From: an uncultured virus (IMG/VR IMGVR_UViG_3300013137_002215)
Lineage: Duplodnaviria; Heunggongvirae; Uroviricota; Caudoviricetes
Reading direction: 5' to 3' (one strand)
DNA length: 62,777 nt
Virus record (IMG/VR): IMGVR_UViG_3300013137_002215
Shown here: one piece after another, positions 59,188 through 62,777 of the stretch
Position numbering within the stretch: the first letter of the stretch is position 1
Layout of the letters: each line of letters begins with the position of its first letter
Notes under the pieces: model-generated
The model's input: the letters and a program-made list of their open reading frames with translations, nothing else
Told to the model about the DNA's origin: nothing
Databases searched by the model: none
Program-made: the position numbers and the translations under genes

Positions 59188-59577
59188 GTGAAAATATTTA
59201 AAATAGCTCAACCAGTTGCAGATCCAGAGGCTATGGAATCTCAAAGACAGGCAATGGAAGCTCAAATGCAGCAAATAAACAGCTTACTATCTTCTTTACA
59301 ACAATTTATGACAACTGTTCCCAACACACAAAGTCAATTTAATAAAGTAAATAATGATACAAAAATTGGAATAGCGAATATCCAAAAAGAACTTAATCTT
59401 ATTAACAATACCCTTTCAACATTTATGAATAATCTAAATACACAATTAAGCGGATTAGAAAAACTGTCTGTGCAAATGTCTGAAGTGTCCAGTTCCGTTT
59501 CGCATCAACAAATAGGTCCATTTAATGTTCAAAACACCGGTCCAATAACACCAGTACCTGGACCAATGACACGCTAG
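59188..59577 (+). CDS. coiled-coil protein with MKIFKIAQ N-terminus
   Basis: GTG start 7 nt after AGGA-N18-GAAAT; Gln/Asn-rich heptads. Confidence 0.65.
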   Translation: MKIFKIAQPVADPEAMESQRQAMEAQMQQINSLLSSLQQFMTTVPNTQSQFNKVNNDTKIGIANIQKELNLINNTLSTFMNNLNTQLSGLEKLSVQMSEVSSSVSHQQIGPFNVQNTGPITPVPGPMTR

Positions 59578-59975
59578 ATATTTAAATTCTGTATATAATT
59601 CTTATTAATTTCTTCTTGTTTTCTATTTATTTCTTGTAATGCTTTGTTTCTAGCAGCAACTCTTCTACTACGTGCAATTATTCTTAAACGACGAGCTTCA
59701 ATTCTTTCACCTCTTGTCATTCTTTTTTTTTCAGTAATTCCGGTAGCTTTTTCTATAGCTCTCTGTTCTTTTTCTTTTTGAATTTTTGCTAAATCTTGAA
59801 TTTCTTTATGTTTTTCCAATGCAAACTTATGACGATCAATAATATCCAGTTCTTGTTTAATACGAGCGTCTGTGGGATTAGCTTTATTTAATTCAATTAA
59901 CTTGTTTTTTCTGTCTTCTATCTTCTTTATTTGATCTAATAATGTTATTTTATTTTTACCACACTTACAGCCCAT
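59574..59975 (-). CDS. hypothetical basic coiled protein
   Basis: MGCKCGK start; SD GAGGGG. Confidence 0.6.
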   Translation of the reverse strand: MGCKCGKNKITLLDQIKKIEDRKNKLIELNKANPTDARIKQELDIIDRHKFALEKHKEIQDLAKIQKEKEQRAIEKATGITEKKRMTRGERIEARRLRIIARSRRVAARNKALQEINRKQEEINKNYIQNLNI

Positions 59976-59989
59976 AATTGCCCCTCAAA

Positions 59990-60733
59990 TTACTTGTTTT
60001 TCTTTTTATTAATCTCTTTAATCTTCTTATTAATATCTGCTTTTACCTTCTCCCAAGGTACGGTTATTTTATCTATTGTGCCATTATCAATAGCTTTTTT
60101 TATTTTTTCTGAACGCCCTTTTATTACTTTCCATTCTTTATCACGATTTTCAGGAGAACCACAAAATGTCAATTCATAAAAAACAGCATATAATAATTCT
60201 ATCAAAGTAATAGATGGTTTAAAATCAATGTTCTTGATAAAATGCTTGGCGTCTACATCCAAGTCCTCTATTGTAATTTTATCATCAATAATAATTTTAT
60301 AATCTGCCAATTTATAAACAGGCGTAAATTCTATTGCATATCCTTGAATCCAATCTTTACGAATCTTCTTCTTCATATCTTTAAATATTTTTTTAGTGTC
60401 TTCTGGCATTTCACCTTTTTTACCCTTACCATCAAACTGCCAACCTAAAGAAGTATCTGTTTTGTTTTTATATGTATGTTTAGAGCCACCCAAACTTAAA
60501 CACAAACAATTAATATTACTATCACACTTTTTAAATTTTTTACTGTTCATTTCTTTATATAAATCTTCAATATAATCACAATGTAAAATAATTCCTAATA
60601 ATTCTTCAGGAATCTCAGAATTAACACAACAACTTATAACATCTCTTAAAGTAAATTCATGAGATAAATCAACCTGTTTCATTAAATCACAAAATTTTAC
60701 CTTATATTTTGAAGTAATTTTAACATTATCCAT
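59990..60733 (-). CDS. hypothetical protein
   Basis: ORF; ELTFCGSPENRD. Confidence 0.65.
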   Translation of the reverse strand: MDNVKITSKYKVKFCDLMKQVDLSHEFTLRDVISCCVNSEIPEELLGIILHCDYIEDLYKEMNSKKFKKCDSNINCLCLSLGGSKHTYKNKTDTSLGWQFDGKGKKGEMPEDTKKIFKDMKKKIRKDWIQGYAIEFTPVYKLADYKIIIDDKITIEDLDVDAKHFIKNIDFKPSITLIELLYAVFYELTFCGSPENRDKEWKVIKGRSEKIKKAIDNGTIDKITVPWEKVKADINKKIKEINKKKNK

Positions 60734-60742
60734 ATTAATCCC

Positions 60743-61243
60743 CTATATCCCACACTCTATTTTTTCCCAAGGATGAACAACCCATTCATCTTTTTTAGCA
60801 ACATAATAGTAATAATCAACATTATGCTGCAAACTATCTATTGAATCACTTTTAATCGTTAATACAGCTATTTTATAATCGATAAGACCTTTATAATCAT
60901 TATCCATTCTTGTTTTTAATGCTTTCAAAGTACTTCCACTATCATAAATATCATCTACAATCAAAGCCTTTTTATTTATATATTCACTTAGTTGCTCCAT
61001 ATCGTGTCCATCTATAATCACTTGTTTTTTACTTTCATTTACCTTGTCATAAAGACTAGTTTCAATAATTACCATGTTTTTGACACGTAAGCAATCACTT
61101 AAAATTCTAGCGGGTATTAATCCGCCTCTAGACAAAGCGATTATAAAATCAGGATTAAATTCATTTTTTTCCAATATTTGATATTTTATGCTATAACACG
61201 CTTCTTCTATAGCGTTCCAACTAAAAACTCTAAAATTTGTCAT
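60743..61243 (-). CDS. purine phosphoribosyltransferase-like protein
   Basis: LSRGGLIPA, LIVDDIYDSGSTL, WVVHPWE. Confidence 0.88.
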   Translation of the reverse strand: MTNFRVFSWNAIEEACYSIKYQILEKNEFNPDFIIALSRGGLIPARILSDCLRVKNMVIIETSLYDKVNESKKQVIIDGHDMEQLSEYINKKALIVDDIYDSGSTLKALKTRMDNDYKGLIDYKIAVLTIKSDSIDSLQHNVDYYYYVAKKDEWVVHPWEKIECGI

Positions 61244-61472
61244 TTGTGTGTCCTAATATCAATATGTTTTTATCGTTATCAAAAATAAAAGAAAAACCGT
61301 TAAATAATAATTCATTGGTAAACATATTTGTGTCATAAACGTGTTCTAATTCTTTATAAGAAAAAAATGGACTTTCAATATTCTTATTTACTGGCGGCAT
61401 ATATAGCTTTAAGTTAAATGAACTTGCTATCTTGTCTAATTTGTTTATAGATACTTCATTCAATTCTAACAT
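61230..61472 (-). CDS. hypothetical protein
   Basis: ORF overlapping both neighbours. Confidence 0.5.
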   Translation of the reverse strand: MLELNEVSINKLDKIASSFNLKLYMPPVNKNIESPFFSYKELEHVYDTNMFTNELLFNGFSFIFDNDKNILILGHTNDKF

Positions 61473-62154
61473 GTTTGTCTTGCCCTTCTTTGGATAACAC
61501 GTATTTATTGCTTGTTTTTTTAAACGAACCTATTATTTTACCATAAATTTCATTAGGAACAATTAAACCTAAATTTTTTGATATTATATATGCTTGTAAC
61601 TCATCTAATAATACAGCCTTATTATACCCATTATTTAATATAGCCTGAACATTTTGATTATATATCTTCCTATACTTGTTTTTAAATAATTTTAACGCAT
61701 CATTAACTTCTTTTTTATAAGAATCGTATAAATAATAAAAAGCATGGGCTATTTCGTGTTCTTTTACTTCTTTATTTATGCCTGTTTCTTTACAAAAAGC
61801 TATGATATAAAAACTACCCATGCCATTATAATGATTTGTAATATTATCACATATAATAGACTCTAATACTCTTTCTTTTTTCCTCAAATGCTTAAAATAT
61901 AAATCACTCCATTTGTCAAATATCTTACTAGAAATATTAAATCCTTTCCACCTTTTTACATAATCAAAAACACCGTTATGATTTTTACTCCACCAATCAA
62001 TATAATCTTCCAATTCAAAATATTTATTTCTGAATTTTTTACTAGAACTCTCATAGAATTCTTGAAGTCTTACAAAAGTCATACACAAATCATATTGGGT
62101 ATCAAAAGTAAGAGAAATAGTTCTATCAGTTGGATTGTATACTTCTATTTTCAT
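61456..62154 (-). CDS. HExxH-motif hypothetical protein
   Basis: RLQEFYES, WKGFNI, EHEIAH, DELQAY. Confidence 0.65.
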   Translation of the reverse strand: MKIEVYNPTDRTISLTFDTQYDLCMTFVRLQEFYESSSKKFRNKYFELEDYIDWWSKNHNGVFDYVKRWKGFNISSKIFDKWSDLYFKHLRKKERVLESIICDNITNHYNGMGSFYIIAFCKETGINKEVKEHEIAHAFYYLYDSYKKEVNDALKLFKNKYRKIYNQNVQAILNNGYNKAVLLDELQAYIISKNLGLIVPNEIYGKIIGSFKKTSNKYVLSKEGQDKHVRIE

Positions 62155-62185
62155 ACCTAGGATTATAGCTGTATTTAATAATTCG

Positions 62186-62632
62186 TCAATTTTTTTCTAT
62201 TTTTGACAAATATTTTTGAATAGCTTCGTCAATTGAATTAACTATTTCGGCATTATCCAAACAGCCCAATGTCCATGAAGGAATATTTTTCTCTTTAATC
62301 TTGTCAATAAACACCATAATATTTTTACTCAGCCACGCTGCCGTAGAAATTTCTGAAAGAGTCCCTGCGCCATCAAATACAGCTTTATCCACCTTAACAA
62401 AAAAATATTGAGAAGTGGCAACATTAACCATATCGGGCATTATAAATTTTTCTTTCATCCATGTTTTGAATTCGGGATCTGTTTTCTCAAATGGACAACT
62501 ACTAGAAGCTTTATCGGGAATTATGACATTATAATATTTATGAAGTTCTTTATACATTTTGTTGCGCCAAGAATATGGACTCTTAGAATATTCGATACTG
62601 CCGGAAAGATAAATTGACGGCTTTGAATGCAT
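62186..62632 (-). CDS. nucleoside 2-deoxyribosyltransferase-like protein
   Basis: IYLSGSIE..WR, GAGTLSEI. Confidence 0.7.
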   Translation of the reverse strand: MHSKPSIYLSGSIEYSKSPYSWRNKMYKELHKYYNVIIPDKASSSCPFEKTDPEFKTWMKEKFIMPDMVNVATSQYFFVKVDKAVFDGAGTLSEISTAAWLSKNIMVFIDKIKEKNIPSWTLGCLDNAEIVNSIDEAIQKYLSKIEKN

Positions 62633-62655
62633 CTGTAATATTATACAGAAAAAAA

Positions 62656-62777
62656 TTAGCTCCAAGTAATAAATGCATCACTATTTGAACCATAATCCGC
62701 TTTGATCCATTCGGCAGGACGTTGAATATTAGAAACCCTTACCTCTTCCATTATTCCGTTAGTATAAAATAGTGCAT
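62656..62777 (-). CDS. C-terminus of a LamG-domain protein (partial)
   Basis: NGIMEEVRVSNIQRPAEWIKADY, similar to the LamG end in the 32908 gene. Confidence 0.65.
   Translation of the reverse strand, partial: ALFYTNGIMEEVRVSNIQRPAEWIKADYGSNSDAFITWS

Noticed and set aside
1..62777. Alternative genetic code or stop-codon reassignment
   Set aside because: Genes are full length in code 11, TAA/TAG/TGA are all used as stops, and no suppressor tRNA was seen

Overview
AT-rich, densely coding and almost entirely minus-strand window that reads as part of a jumbo/huge bacteriophage genome using standard code 11; no rRNA or CRISPR array was seen. From left to right it holds: (1) a ~20 kb surface-glycan cluster of about 27 glycosyl-, methyl-, sulfo- and amidotransferases plus NeuA/NeuB; (2) a DEDD exonuclease, RecD2, a BNR sialidase, an HNH nuclease and an M16 peptidase; (3) four proteins with very long poly-serine tracts (three with NHL repeats) and a beta-helix fibre-like protein; (4) an IS607 element with cargo and an IS605-type tnpB; (5) LigD-PE, ThyX, IF-3, LpxR, ferritin-like, NADAR, amidoligase and PRTase genes; (6) three tRNA clusters with 14 tRNA or tRNA-like genes. 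Main finding: each tRNA cluster is preceded by a short leader ORF, an antiterminator and an intrinsic terminator, and the leader codons match the tRNAs of that same cluster (Ile/His/Pro/Glu; Asn/Gln; Arg-AGA/CGT/AGG, Asp, Trp, Met). This looks like ribosome-mediated attenuation that switches on phage tRNA supply when those tRNAs are depleted. Protein calls rest on motif recognition only; no database searches were run.
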